Origin: Acutalibacteraceae bacterium | GTDB taxonomy: Bacteria; Bacillota; Clostridia; Oscillospirales; Acutalibacteraceae | DNA length: 32,000 nucleotides | Direction: 5' to 3' | Assembly (NCBI GenBank): GCA_045631965.1 | Contig: JAZQVR010000003.1 | Coordinates: forward strand, 55,031 to 87,030 | In this document: one piece after another, positions 12,526-22,500 of the stretch | How positions within the stretch are numbered: position 1 is the first letter of the stretch | Layout: each line of letters starts with the position of its first letter | Translations under genes and position numbers: made by a program | Notes under the pieces: generated by a model | The model's database searches: none | What the model was told of the DNA's origin: nothing | Seen by the model: only the letters and a program-made list of their open reading frames with translations

Positions 12526-13962
12526 TTATTTCTGAGGAGTGAGCGTCTGCTCGGAGATATTGTTCTGGAGGAACTGGGGATAAGCAGGGTTGGAGTGCAC
12601 GTTGAGAACCTCGGGGTTGTTATCATTCTCGAAGAACCAACGGTAAAGCTCGCCGTGACCGTCGTGAGTTGTGCAGTGTACCATATCTTTGGCAAACCAT
12701 GTGTTTTCGGGGAGAGCGCATGTGGATGCATCGATATGATTGTCGGGTGAAATGTGATTGTGGCCGTCATTAATCTTCTGTGTATAACCTTCGCCGAGAG
12801 ACTCGCCGAGAGGAGCAACCGTTGCACCTACTGAAGAATACTTGAGGTCAACCGTACCGTCGGAATCGTTGTGCCATGTGGGGACAAGAGGTGTACGCTG
12901 TACGTCCCAGGCGGCAAGAATCATAACGGGAACACCGCTGTCGAGCACACCGTTGAGAATTTCATCTGCCTTGCACTGAACGTTGTAGTGATAGTAGTCG
13001 ATTCTTGCTTCAAGCTCTGCATTGGGGTTGTCGCCAAGCATAAATGCTTTGGCATCGTTATAGTACTCATCCGGTACGAACGACCAGATACCGCAGTTTG
13101 CTTTGAATACAGGTACAAGAAGTTCGTCAAAAACTCTGTCTGCACAGTTGTCAACAACGCGGTTTACAACATTGATAAGCGAACCGAGAACGCCGCTGTA
13201 TTTGAGTACGTTGATTATAACCATCAGGAAGTTTGCAAGATCTTCGTCCATTATAAGCGGAAGGGCTGTTGCACCGTAGCGGTAGAGCGATTCTTCGTTT
13301 ATTTCAAGTCTGCCGCAGAAAAGGTCGCCTGCAACTGCAGTGCCTGAAATGGGGCAATTCTGGAAGATAACGGACTTTATCTTTTCGCATCCGAACTGCT
13401 CGAAGTAAGCCATTGTCATAACGCCGCCCATTGATGAGGCGCGAAGTCTGACCTTATCGTGGCCTGTAAGCTCACGGATATGGTCGATGTATTTATCGAG
13501 ATCCTTTGCTACTACAAGCGGATCGGCACGGAAATCGTAACCGAAATAGTAGTTGTGGTCAAGGTCGTGTGTAGGGTCTGTAGGAAGCTCTTCTTTAGTG
13601 GTGATATCTGCTGTGGAGTCGCCGTTTTCAGCGTTTGCAAGAGGACCGAAAACATCGCCTACAGCAGGAATCAGTGCGTCTGCAAATGTATCGTAATCCT
13701 GGGTGACAATAAGAAACGCAAGAGAGGGAAGTAACTTTACGATAAGCTTTACATAGGTCATGGCTTCGGGACGGAATACGACCTTTTCATCGTCTGTTCC
13801 GGCGTTCTGGTAGAGAGTTGCACTGCCGAGCGCTGCGACGTAGATGATTGGTTCCTCGCCGCATTGGCATTCATCGGAAACTGCTGCAGTCTGCAGTACA
13901 ACCGAAAAGCTGAGCACCAGGACAAGAACCAGACTTACTGATACTTTGAAAAATCTTTTCAC
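12526..13962 (-). CDS. Secreted alpha/beta-hydrolase (lipase/esterase-like)
   Basis: Signal peptide MKRFFKVSVSLVLVLVLSFSVVLQTAA. Nucleophile-elbow-like motif ASSMGG. First gene of the three-gene leftward cluster. Confidence 0.6.
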   Translation of the reverse strand: MKRFFKVSVSLVLVLVLSFSVVLQTAAVSDECQCGEEPIIYVAALGSATLYQNAGTDDEKVVFRPEAMTYVKLIVKLLPSLAFLIVTQDYDTFADALIPAVGDVFGPLANAENGDSTADITTKEELPTDPTHDLDHNYYFGYDFRADPLVVAKDLDKYIDHIRELTGHDKVRLRASSMGGVMTMAYFEQFGCEKIKSVIFQNCPISGTAVAGDLFCGRLEINEESLYRYGATALPLIMDEDLANFLMVIINVLKYSGVLGSLINVVNRVVDNCADRVFDELLVPVFKANCGIWSFVPDEYYNDAKAFMLGDNPNAELEARIDYYHYNVQCKADEILNGVLDSGVPVMILAAWDVQRTPLVPTWHNDSDGTVDLKYSSVGATVAPLGESLGEGYTQKINDGHNHISPDNHIDASTCALPENTWFAKDMVHCTTHDGHGELYRWFFENDNNPEVLNVHSNPAYPQFLQNNISEQTLTPQK

Positions 13963-14149
13963 AGATTATCTCTCCTATCTGAATTGAGTTTGATATATTG
14001 TATCACATCGGAAATATAAATTCAATAAACTTAAATATTATTTTACGGCGAAAATATATTCTTTTGTAATTTATAAAATTACCTCTTGTAATATCGGAAA
14101 ATTTATAGTAGAATGTATGATATCTATCCGTAACAAAGGAGTTGTAATA

Positions 14150-15895
14150 ATGGATCCTATCAAAGTCGATTTTTCAGGCGGTGGCTCAAAAAAGGGCAAG
14201 TCTGTAGTTATTCCGCCCAATAAAGCAGGTCTGAAAATTGCAATTAATCTTATAGGCACAGCGGTTATTGCTGCTATTGCTTATTATTTTTATCTTCCTG
14301 CCTTTAACTTCCAGGCAATCGAGATGTATATCTATTTCGGAATTATTATTTTAGCTTACTGTGTAATGTCATTTATTACATCAGGTGCTATATTATCGCC
14401 GGAGTATTCGCCTTATGCACGCAAGCGTGTCAAGGTGCCGCTTCTTATAGGTCTTGCAATCGCAATTGTAGTCGGTATCGGTTTTGCTGCATCCAGCGTT
14501 TTCTTCCGTGCAAAAGATTATCATGAAATTATCACTGTAAACAGTGCGGATTTTGCTTCCGATATCGAAGAAGTCGATTTCGCAAACGTACCTTTGCTTG
14601 ATAAGGATTCTGCAGAAGCACTTTCTTCAAGGGCTCTTACCGACCTCTATAAGCAAGGCCTTGTTTCACAGTTTGATGTAAATTCATGCGAAACACAGAT
14701 TAACCTCAACCAGAAGCCCGTACGTATAGGTACTCTCAAATATGAAAATATCATCAAGTGGTTCAATAACTGCAAGACAGGTCTTCCCGGCTATCTTGTT
14801 ATTGATATGAACACACAGGAAGTTGAATATAAGAAGGTTGACGGCGGTATCAGATACTCCGATGCCGACCATTTCAATCACCTTCTCAAGCGCCACCTTC
14901 GCTTCAAGTATCCCACAAAGCTTCTCGGCGATTCCGTGCTTGAGGTAGACGAGAGCGGTAAGGCATGGTGGATATGCCCTATTTATAAAAATACAATCGG
15001 TCTCTTCGGCGGTCGTGATGTTATAGGTGCAATCCGTGTTGACCCCACAACAGGCGAATGTACAGAGTACACAATTGATCAGATCAAAAATAATGATGAC
15101 CTCAAGTGGATTGACCGTGTTTACGATCCTGAGCTTCTTGTTGAGCAGTATGATTACTACGGCAAGTATGTTGAAGGCTTCTGGAACTCAATCCTCGGCC
15201 AGGACAACGTTGTTGTTACAACCGACGGCTATAACTATATCGCTCTCAAAGATGACGTTTATATGTATACCGGCGTTACATCTATTGTAGCAGGTGACAG
15301 CTCGATTACAGGTTTCACGCTGATTAACCAAAGAACGAAGGAAGCACTGTTCTACCAAGTAAGCGGTGCGACCGAAAATGCCGCACAGGAAACTGCACAA
15401 GGTGAAGTTAAGAACTACCAGTATAAGGCATCGTTCCCGTTGCTTATAAATGTAGGCGGTCAGCCGACTTACTTTATGGCACTTAAGGATGACAGTAATA
15501 TCGTTCACCAGTACGCACTTGTAAACGTCAACCAGTACACAACAATCAAGGTTGCGGATACAACAATCGAGGGTTGCCGTGAGAAGTATATTAAGCTTCT
15601 TAAGGACAATAATATCAATGTCGATGCTGATGCAGGTCTTAAGCCATCAGACGATGATGCTGACAATAAGCCTGTAGAGCTGAAGGTTGAAGGCGCGGTT
15701 ACCGATATCTTTAGACAGATTATTGACGGTAACACCCGTTACTACATCACTGTTGAAGGTGTAGATACTCACTTTGGTGTTTATGCTTCAGAGTTTGAGG
15801 AAGCTGTTTTTGTTAAAAAAGGTGACATTGTTGAAATCACATACCAAGAGAGCGAAGATGCTATAATCAAGGCTGAAAGCTTTATACGTAAATAA
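14150..15895 (+). CDS. Hypothetical membrane protein with a large extracytoplasmic domain (581 aa from the ATG at 14150)
   Basis: AAAGGAG lies 8 nt upstream of the ATG at 14150 (MDPIKVDF). Three N-terminal hydrophobic helices precede a ~450-aa soluble region. No motif recognised. Confidence 0.7.
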   Translation: MDPIKVDFSGGGSKKGKSVVIPPNKAGLKIAINLIGTAVIAAIAYYFYLPAFNFQAIEMYIYFGIIILAYCVMSFITSGAILSPEYSPYARKRVKVPLLIGLAIAIVVGIGFAASSVFFRAKDYHEIITVNSADFASDIEEVDFANVPLLDKDSAEALSSRALTDLYKQGLVSQFDVNSCETQINLNQKPVRIGTLKYENIIKWFNNCKTGLPGYLVIDMNTQEVEYKKVDGGIRYSDADHFNHLLKRHLRFKYPTKLLGDSVLEVDESGKAWWICPIYKNTIGLFGGRDVIGAIRVDPTTGECTEYTIDQIKNNDDLKWIDRVYDPELLVEQYDYYGKYVEGFWNSILGQDNVVVTTDGYNYIALKDDVYMYTGVTSIVAGDSSITGFTLINQRTKEALFYQVSGATENAAQETAQGEVKNYQYKASFPLLINVGGQPTYFMALKDDSNIVHQYALVNVNQYTTIKVADTTIEGCREKYIKLLKDNNINVDADAGLKPSDDDADNKPVELKVEGAVTDIFRQIIDGNTRYYITVEGVDTHFGVYASEFEEAVFVKKGDIVEITYQESEDAIIKAESFIRK

Positions 15896-15901
15896 TCAGA
15901 C

Positions 15902-15932
15902 AGCCGCATCTTAACCGATGCGGCTTGTTTTA
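15902..15932 (+). terminator. Rho-independent terminator
   Basis: Stem AGCCGCATC/GATGCGGCT, 6-nt loop, then TGTTTTA. Confidence 0.75.
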
Positions 15933-15948
15933 TAGCAAGGAGAAAACA

Positions 15949-16815
15949 ATGAAACTTCTCGAAACAACTACCGCAGTATCAGGCGGAATATCGGAAGATG
16001 TATCGGCATTCAGAATGTGGCTAAACAGCTTACCTCAAAGGGTTTTTGATTCAATACCTGAAATAGTTGCTGCTATAATTATAATTGTTGTCGGTTTCTT
16101 TTTCAGCGGCTTGGTTGGTAAGCTGCTTGTCAAAATAATGCAGAAAAGGAATGTGGATGAGTCTGTGCATCACTTCCTCAGAAGTATGCTTGTTGTGTCA
16201 ATGCGTATTGTGTTTGTGCTGTTTGCACTGTCTGCAATCGGCTTTAATATAAGCTCGTTTGCGGCAGCACTCGGTGCTGCAGGTATTACTGCAGGTTTAG
16301 GTTTACAGGGTCTGATATCGCAGTTTGCAAGCGGTGTCGAAATAATGTTCAACAAGCCTTTCCGTGCAGGCGATTTTATCGAGCTTGAAAATATTTCGGG
16401 TAAGGTTGTTGAGATACGCTTTATGAATACAACCCTGCTTACCAAGGATAACAAGCGTGTTATTGTGCCGAATTCCCATATCACCTCAAACAACCTCATC
16501 AATTACACCGCGCAGAAACATCGCAGAATAGACTTGAATTTTAAAGTATCGTATAACAGTGATATAGCTCTGACAAAAGAAGTTGTACGCAAAGCTGTGG
16601 AGGAATGCCCTCATATACTCAAAAAGCCCGAACCTGTTATAGCTGTTGGCTCTCACGGCGAAAGCTCGCTTACAATAGATGCTCTTGTATGGTGTAAAAG
16701 CGAAAATTACTGGGCGGCATATTATGATATGCAGGAACGTGTCAAGCTCGATTTTGATAAAGCAGGTATAAATATTCCGTTTAATCAGATGGATGTGCAT
16801 ATCAAGCAGAACTGA
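15949..16815 (+). CDS. Small-conductance mechanosensitive channel (MscS family)
   Basis: TM helices followed by FNKPFRAGDFIELENISGKVVEIRFMNTTLLTKDNKRVIVPNSHITSNNLINY, which is typical of the MscS beta-domain. AAGGAG lies 7 nt upstream of the ATG at 15949. Confidence 0.85.
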   Translation: MKLLETTTAVSGGISEDVSAFRMWLNSLPQRVFDSIPEIVAAIIIIVVGFFFSGLVGKLLVKIMQKRNVDESVHHFLRSMLVVSMRIVFVLFALSAIGFNISSFAAALGAAGITAGLGLQGLISQFASGVEIMFNKPFRAGDFIELENISGKVVEIRFMNTTLLTKDNKRVIVPNSHITSNNLINYTAQKHRRIDLNFKVSYNSDIALTKEVVRKAVEECPHILKKPEPVIAVGSHGESSLTIDALVWCKSENYWAAYYDMQERVKLDFDKAGINIPFNQMDVHIKQN

Positions 16816-16829
16816 ATAATAAAGTTAAA

Positions 16830-16871
16830 GACAGCGGTGCTGAGGATTTTCCTCGGTGCCGCTGTCTTTTG
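16830..16871 (+). terminator. Rho-independent terminator after the mscS-like gene
   Basis: 16-bp stem GACAGCGGTGCTGAGG/CCTCGGTGCCGCTGTC with three G-U wobbles, followed by TTTTG. Confidence 0.7.
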
Positions 16872-17138
16872 TATGGAAAAGGATGTGTGAGAACATATTA
16901 TCACCGTCAGCCTGCTCCGTTTAAAATCACAGCATCTTTAAAAATTTATGCTGCTTATGTTTAAAATAATTGCGAATTTGTGAGAGGCAGTGACAGAAGC
17001 TTTCGTCGGTGTCTCACTGTTGCTCTGAGAAAGTCGGGTTATTGAGGCATTAAAAATGTGAATATTTGTTTAACATTCAGAAAAAACGACGGAAGTATCA
17101 CCTGTTTGCATTGAAAAAACGGCTGTTTCAGCCTTTGA

Positions 17139-17681
17139 GTGAGGGGAGTAACCGATATCCTCTCAGAAATTTGCAAGGAAGGTGAAAAAATAGCAAAGAA
17201 ATCACTAAGCAAAAGAGAGAAGCTTTTTTGTCTGAATTATGTGATACTGCCTGACGGCCGTGACGCAGCGATAAAGGCAGGTTACACAATGAGTCCTCAG
17301 ACTGCGGCGGCTAAGCTGCTCAGCCGAAAGGATATTACAAACGAAATAGCTTCTCTCGCAAAGGCACTCACGCCGCACCGTAATGAGGCGGCGGCAGGCT
17401 ACCGCAGGTTAGCCTTCGGCAGTGTATCGGACGCACTTCGACTTGTTTTCTGTGAGGACCCTCCCTCGCGGGAAGAGCTGGACAAAATGAATCTTTTCAA
17501 TGTTGCGGAAATCAAAAGGCCAAAGGGCGGCGGCATTGAAATCAAGTTTTTCGACAGGCTCAGACCTCTCGAGCGGCTTGCGGAAATGAGCAGCGAAGAA
17601 GCGGAAAGCGGTGCGTTGCCGTTTTATCAGGCGCTGGAAAGCTCGGCAAGACAGATAAGGACAAGTGTTGCAGATGAGTAG
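17139..17681 (+). CDS. terS: Terminase small subunit
   Basis: The segment LSKREKLFCLNYVILPDGRDAAIKAGYTMSPQTAAAKLLSRKDITNEI matches the Terminase_2-type N-terminal HTH as I recall it. The start is uncertain: the GTG at 17139 lacks a Shine-Dalgarno, and a strong AAGGAAGGTGA (17172-17182) is followed only by an in-frame ATA. Confidence 0.75.
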   Translation: MRGVTDILSEICKEGEKIAKKSLSKREKLFCLNYVILPDGRDAAIKAGYTMSPQTAAAKLLSRKDITNEIASLAKALTPHRNEAAAGYRRLAFGSVSDALRLVFCEDPPSREELDKMNLFNVAEIKRPKGGGIEIKFFDRLRPLERLAEMSSEEAESGALPFYQALESSARQIRTSVADE

Positions 17682-18954
17682 AAAGGCAAAACAGCAGGTT
17701 GCTTTCAGAACTTTCTCAGCCAAACAGCTGACAGTGCTGACCTGGTGGTGTCTGTCATCACCTTACAGCCGTAAGGATGCAATTATATGTGACGGTGCAG
17801 TACGCTCGGGCAAAACGGTATGTATGTCGCTGTCATTCATATCGTGGGCAATGGCAGCCTTTGAAGATACGTCATTTGCTATCTGCGGCAAAACAATCGC
17901 ATCGCTCAGGCGTAACGTTATACGCCCTATGTTGCCTGTGCTCACACAGCTCGGCTTTGAGTGCACCGAAAAGGTTTCGCGTAACGAAATCGAAATCAGC
18001 TTCGGCGGCAAAACAAACAGCTTCTGGCTTTTCGGCGGTAAAGACGAAAGCTCTGCTTCGCTTATTCAGGGTATGACACTCGGGGGTGTACTTCTCGATG
18101 AGGTCGCTCTTATGCCCCGTTCATTTGTTGAGCAGGCTCTCGCACGCTGTTCGCTTGACGGATCGAAATTCTGGTTTAACTGCAACCCCGATAACCCCTT
18201 GCACTGGTTTCATGAGGAGTGGATAAAGAAGCACGATGAGAAAAACTGCCTTTATCTTCATTTCCTTATGGAGGATAACCCATCCCTGACACCGGAAATT
18301 ATCAGCAGATACCGTAACCTTTACAGCGGTACGTTTTACGAGCGGTTTGTCGAAGGAAAGTGGGTTGCTGCTGAAGGTCTTGTCTATCCGTTTTTCAGTG
18401 CCGAAAGGCATATCTGCCCTGTGCCGCAGGGTGATTTCGAATGCTGGTACATTTCCTGCGATTACGGTACGGTAAACCCGAGCTCATTCGGGCTGTGGGG
18501 TTTGCTTGACGGAGTATGGTACAGGGTGGCGGAGTATTATCACGACTCACGTGCACTCGGTGTACAACGCACAGATGAAGAGCATTATTCCGCACTTGAG
18601 GAGCTTGCAGGCGGCAGAGACATAAGTGCGGTTGCGGTAGACCCTTCGGCCGCAAGCTTCATCGAGTGCATCCGCCGCCACGGTAAGTATAAGGTAGTTC
18701 ACGCAAAAAACGATGTTACGGACGGTATACGCAAGGTTTCCGAAGCACTTAAATCGGAAAAAATAAAAATCTGCACACCGTGCCGTGACATCGTGCGTGA
18801 ATTTTCGCTCTACCGTTGGGATAACAACTGTGTCAGGGATACACCGTGCAAAACAAATGACCACGCAATGGACGATATGCGTTACTTTGTCACAACGCTT
18901 ATGAGTAGCGGTGATTGCTCGTTTTTTGCCATTGCAACAGAAAGGAAGGAGTAA
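17674..18954 (+). CDS. terL: Terminase large subunit (PBSX-like family)
   Basis: Walker A-like motif DGAVRSGKT and Walker B-like motif LLDEVA. The C-terminal nuclease region includes NDHAMDDMRY. The ATG at 17674 overlaps the end of terS. Confidence 0.85.
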   Translation: MSRKAKQQVAFRTFSAKQLTVLTWWCLSSPYSRKDAIICDGAVRSGKTVCMSLSFISWAMAAFEDTSFAICGKTIASLRRNVIRPMLPVLTQLGFECTEKVSRNEIEISFGGKTNSFWLFGGKDESSASLIQGMTLGGVLLDEVALMPRSFVEQALARCSLDGSKFWFNCNPDNPLHWFHEEWIKKHDEKNCLYLHFLMEDNPSLTPEIISRYRNLYSGTFYERFVEGKWVAAEGLVYPFFSAERHICPVPQGDFECWYISCDYGTVNPSSFGLWGLLDGVWYRVAEYYHDSRALGVQRTDEEHYSALEELAGGRDISAVAVDPSAASFIECIRRHGKYKVVHAKNDVTDGIRKVSEALKSEKIKICTPCRDIVREFSLYRWDNNCVRDTPCKTNDHAMDDMRYFVTTLMSSGDCSFFAIATERKE

Positions 18955-20073
18955 ATGAAAAAGAAGAAAAAGGCTGATACCTCACCTGAAGTATGTTCTG
19001 TGCAGACGGGTAATGTGTCAAATCCGTTTTCGGTTTTTGAAGCATCGGCACTCGGCAGACACGATTTGCAGCTTTACGGTGCTCTGCGTGATGCTGTGCC
19101 TATAATCGATGCGGCAATTACAAAGCTTGTCCGTTTGTCCGGAGGCTTTGAAGTAAGGTGTACGCACGCAAAATCGCAACCGTATATGGACAGCTTTGTG
19201 TCAGGTGTATGTGTAAACGGCAACAGCACGGGACTCGAAGCTTTTGTATCAGGTTATTTTGAGCAGCTTCTGACCTACGGCACTGCAATAGGTGAGGTTG
19301 TGACCGACTGTAACGGAATACCGTGTGCACTGTTTAATGCGCCGCTTGAAAACATCGAGCTTCGCCGCAGTGAAAACGGACTGAATATTGATATGTATTC
19401 GCTCACTTCGGGCAAGCCCGAAAAAATTGCTTATCCCGAGCTTACCGTAATGAGTGTGCTCAATCCCGAAGCAGGCTCTCTTACGGGTAACTCACTGCTC
19501 AAAGGCTTGCCGTTTGTTTCCTCGGTGCTTATGAAGATTTTCCGTACGGTAGGTAACAACTGGGAGCGGCTCGGCAACGTACGCTTTGCCGTTACATACA
19601 AGCCGCAGAACGATACGCTTGACCGTGCTTATGCAAAGGAAAGAGCGATGCAGGTTGCGGAAGAATGGAGCAGTGCGATGAGCAGCGGCAGCGTGAAGGA
19701 TTTTGTCGCTGTAGGCGATGTGCAGATTAAGGTTATCGGTGCCGAAGCACAGCTGCCTGACAGCGAAGTGTCCGTACGACAGTTGCTTGAACAGATTGTT
19801 GCAAAGACAGGCTTACCTCCGTTTTTGCTCGGACTTTCGTGGTCGAGTACGGAGAGAATGTCGTCACAGCAGGCGGATGCGCTGACGAGTGAGCTTGAGT
19901 CATATCGCAGAATCCTTACACCTGCAATTGTCAAGGTCTGCAATACTGTTCTCAGACTTACGGGACTTCCCGGAGAAGTCAATGTCATCTGGGACGAAAT
20001 TATGCTTCAGGATATGGTTGAAGCTTCACGCGCAGAGCTCTATTCGGCTCAGGCGCAGAAACTGATTGATTAA
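18955..20073 (+). CDS. Portal protein (372 aa)
   Basis: Canonical position directly after terL (TAA then ATG, with AAGGAAGGAG upstream) and appropriate size. No sequence motif recognised, so the call rests on synteny. Confidence 0.65.
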   Translation: MKKKKKADTSPEVCSVQTGNVSNPFSVFEASALGRHDLQLYGALRDAVPIIDAAITKLVRLSGGFEVRCTHAKSQPYMDSFVSGVCVNGNSTGLEAFVSGYFEQLLTYGTAIGEVVTDCNGIPCALFNAPLENIELRRSENGLNIDMYSLTSGKPEKIAYPELTVMSVLNPEAGSLTGNSLLKGLPFVSSVLMKIFRTVGNNWERLGNVRFAVTYKPQNDTLDRAYAKERAMQVAEEWSSAMSSGSVKDFVAVGDVQIKVIGAEAQLPDSEVSVRQLLEQIVAKTGLPPFLLGLSWSSTERMSSQQADALTSELESYRRILTPAIVKVCNTVLRLTGLPGEVNVIWDEIMLQDMVEASRAELYSAQAQKLID

Positions 20074-20115
20074 AGTAACTGCATATTATTTGCGGTTACC
20101 TCAAAAGGAGGAAAA

Positions 20116-21093
20116 ATGAACACACTTTATAAAAACATTTCAAGCAGTGTTGTTGCCGATACGGCGGCGGAGGATGAGCTTGAGCTTATCAACCGCCATA
20201 CCATAAAGCCGCTTACTGCAGACGAGGTTTTCTGCTTCACTCTGACTCTCTGCGATAACGAAATCGACAGAGACTTTGAGAGATTCAGCGTAGCTTCACT
20301 GGTTAAACTTGCTGCGATGTTTGACGGCAGGACGGGCATCACCGACCACAATATGAAGAGCGACTGCCAGACGGCAAGAATTTTCAAAACGTGGATTGAA
20401 GAGAGTGAAAGTGAAATTACCTCAACGGGTGAAAAATACACCTGTCTAAAGGCAAGAGCATATATGCCGAGGACACCTAAAAACGAAGAGCTTGTAAGAC
20501 AGATTGAAGCAGGTATCAAAAAGGAAACAAGCGTAAGCTGCTCTGTAGCAAATATGAGCTGTTCGGTATGCGGTGCGGATTTGAGAAAGAAAGGGTGTAA
20601 GCACCGTAAGGGCGAAGTGTATGACGGCAGAGTATGTCATACATTGCTCGAAGAACCTACGGATGCTTATGAATGGAGCTTTGTTGCAGTGCCTGCACAG
20701 CCCAGAGCAGGCGTAACAAAATCGTTTGAAGCCGAGGACGGTATGAGCATTTCACAGCTTAAAGAAAAATCAAGCGGCTTTGATTCGATTACGCTCAGCC
20801 TTTCGGCATTCGGCAAGCTGACAGACGAAATAAATCGCCTCGAGGTACTTGCAAAGGATGCCGAGCTTTACCGCAAAGGGCTTGAACAGCAGGTAATAAA
20901 GCTTGCTTCAATGGCAGTGCCGTCGCTCGGCTCGGATGATTTTGCAGATATCTGCAGCTCTCTTACTGCCTCACAGCTTTCGGTGCTCGAAAAAGCATTT
21001 GCCGACAGGGCATCAAAGCTTTACCCGATAAAGCCGCAACTCAGCGGCAATACGGTAACGACAAAAACAAACAACAATGAATTCAAAATTTAA
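20116..21093 (+). CDS. Prohead protease (HK97/S78-like) fused to a C-terminal scaffold-like coiled coil
   Basis: The segments DNEIDRDFERFS...GITDHN...KARAYM...EAGIKKETSVSCSV...YEWSFVAVPAQPRAG follow the S78 prohead protease pattern. The C-terminal ~110 aa are helical (LEVLAKDAELYRKGLEQQVIKLA). Contains an inserted Cys/His cluster, CSVCG-x9-CKH-x11-CH. Confidence 0.65.
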   Translation: MNTLYKNISSSVVADTAAEDELELINRHTIKPLTADEVFCFTLTLCDNEIDRDFERFSVASLVKLAAMFDGRTGITDHNMKSDCQTARIFKTWIEESESEITSTGEKYTCLKARAYMPRTPKNEELVRQIEAGIKKETSVSCSVANMSCSVCGADLRKKGCKHRKGEVYDGRVCHTLLEEPTDAYEWSFVAVPAQPRAGVTKSFEAEDGMSISQLKEKSSGFDSITLSLSAFGKLTDEINRLEVLAKDAELYRKGLEQQVIKLASMAVPSLGSDDFADICSSLTASQLSVLEKAFADRASKLYPIKPQLSGNTVTTKTNNNEFKI

Positions 21094-21110
21094 GGAGGAA
21101 ATAATAACAT

Positions 21111-22115
21111 ATGGCTAATTATGATAACATCAGACTCGAAAAGGGTCTTTACTGCACAGGTTCATTCACATCCGCACTTGAGAGCATTGACCCTTCGGAA
21201 AACTACAAGGGCAGTTCACTTGAAGGCCTCGATGCATATCAGCGTCAGCTCAAGCGTTTTGATATCAAGGTAAGCGGTGCAGGCAGTGATACTGTTGAAA
21301 AATTCTTCAAGACAACCGACAGTGCAACACTCTTCCCCGAATATGTTGCAAGAGCTGTACGCCAGGGTATCGAGGAGGCAAACAATCTGCCTCAGATTAT
21401 CGCATCCGTAACAAATATCGACTCGCTCGATTACCGTTCAATCACAAGCGTTCCCACTGATGAGGAAAAATCACTTCTTGCGGTTGCTGAAGGTGAGGTT
21501 ATCCCCGAAACAACCGTCAGAACACGTGAGAATCTCGTCAAGCTCCACAAGCGCGGCAGAATGCTCGTAGCATCTTACGAGGCAATCCGTTTCCAGCGTC
21601 TTGACCTTTTTACCGTAACACTCCGCCAGATTGGTGCACATATTGCAAAGGCACAGCTTGCCGATGCGATTGACACAATCATCAACGGTGACGGCAACGA
21701 CAATGCTGCTGCAGCTACAACTGCAATCAGCTCCGGCAGCCTTACATATGCGGATATCGTCAATCTTTGGAAAGACCTTGACCCGTACGAGATGAACGTG
21801 CTTATCGCAAACAATGCGGATGCAGTAAATATGCTCAATATCAGCGAGTTCAAGGATTCTGCGGCAGGTCTCAATTTCCACGCAACAGGTAAGATGATTA
21901 CACCTATCGGCGCAGAGCTTATCCGCTCTTCTGCAGTGCCTGCAGGTACTGTTATCGGTCTTGACAAGCGCTGTGCACTCGAAATGGTCAAGGCAGGCGA
22001 GGTTATGACCGAGTATGACAAGCTCATCGACAGACAGCTTGAGCGTGCGGCAATTACCTCTATTGCCGGCTTTGCAAAGATTTTCACAGACGCATCACGC
22101 ACACTCAAAGTCTGA
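21111..22115 (+). CDS. Major capsid protein (presumed HK97 fold)
   Basis: Position after the protease-scaffold gene, size of 334 aa, and a strong Shine-Dalgarno (AAGGAGG). The call rests on synteny. Confidence 0.7.
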   Translation: MANYDNIRLEKGLYCTGSFTSALESIDPSENYKGSSLEGLDAYQRQLKRFDIKVSGAGSDTVEKFFKTTDSATLFPEYVARAVRQGIEEANNLPQIIASVTNIDSLDYRSITSVPTDEEKSLLAVAEGEVIPETTVRTRENLVKLHKRGRMLVASYEAIRFQRLDLFTVTLRQIGAHIAKAQLADAIDTIINGDGNDNAAAATTAISSGSLTYADIVNLWKDLDPYEMNVLIANNADAVNMLNISEFKDSAAGLNFHATGKMITPIGAELIRSSAVPAGTVIGLDKRCALEMVKAGEVMTEYDKLIDRQLERAAITSIAGFAKIFTDASRTLKV

Positions 22116-22131
22116 TTCGGGAGGGTAACGT

Positions 22132-22500
22132 ATGATTAACAGTCACACTGTGCTCGCAAGGCTCAGACAGCTCGTTACCCTTGACGAAGAAGGGGCAGAA
22201 AACGCTCTGCCCCTTTGCAGGCTGTGCCTTGAGGAAGTACAGCACAGATTAAAAGACTCAGCTGATAAGGATGACCCCAGAGTTGCACAGGCCGCCGCGG
22301 GTCTTGCGTATTACCGCACTATAATCCGTGAGGCGGCAGACAGCGACGGTACAACAAGCTTCAAAGCAGGCGATGTAACTGTTACACGAACACCTGCGGC
22401 AATGCTTGAAATAGCTTGTGCCGTACGTGATGAAGCTCTTTTGCAGGCGGCAGACCTTTTTGTTGATTGCGGCTTTGCTTTCAGGCAGGTAGATGTATGA
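22132..22500 (+). CDS. Head-tail connector/adaptor (gp6-like)
   Basis: 122 aa, helical N-terminus, and a TSFKAGDVTVTRT segment typical of gp6/Phage_connect_1-type adaptors. Synteny supports the call. Confidence 0.55.
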   Translation: MINSHTVLARLRQLVTLDEEGAENALPLCRLCLEEVQHRLKDSADKDDPRVAQAAAGLAYYRTIIREAADSDGTTSFKAGDVTVTRTPAAMLEIACAVRDEALLQAADLFVDCGFAFRQVDV

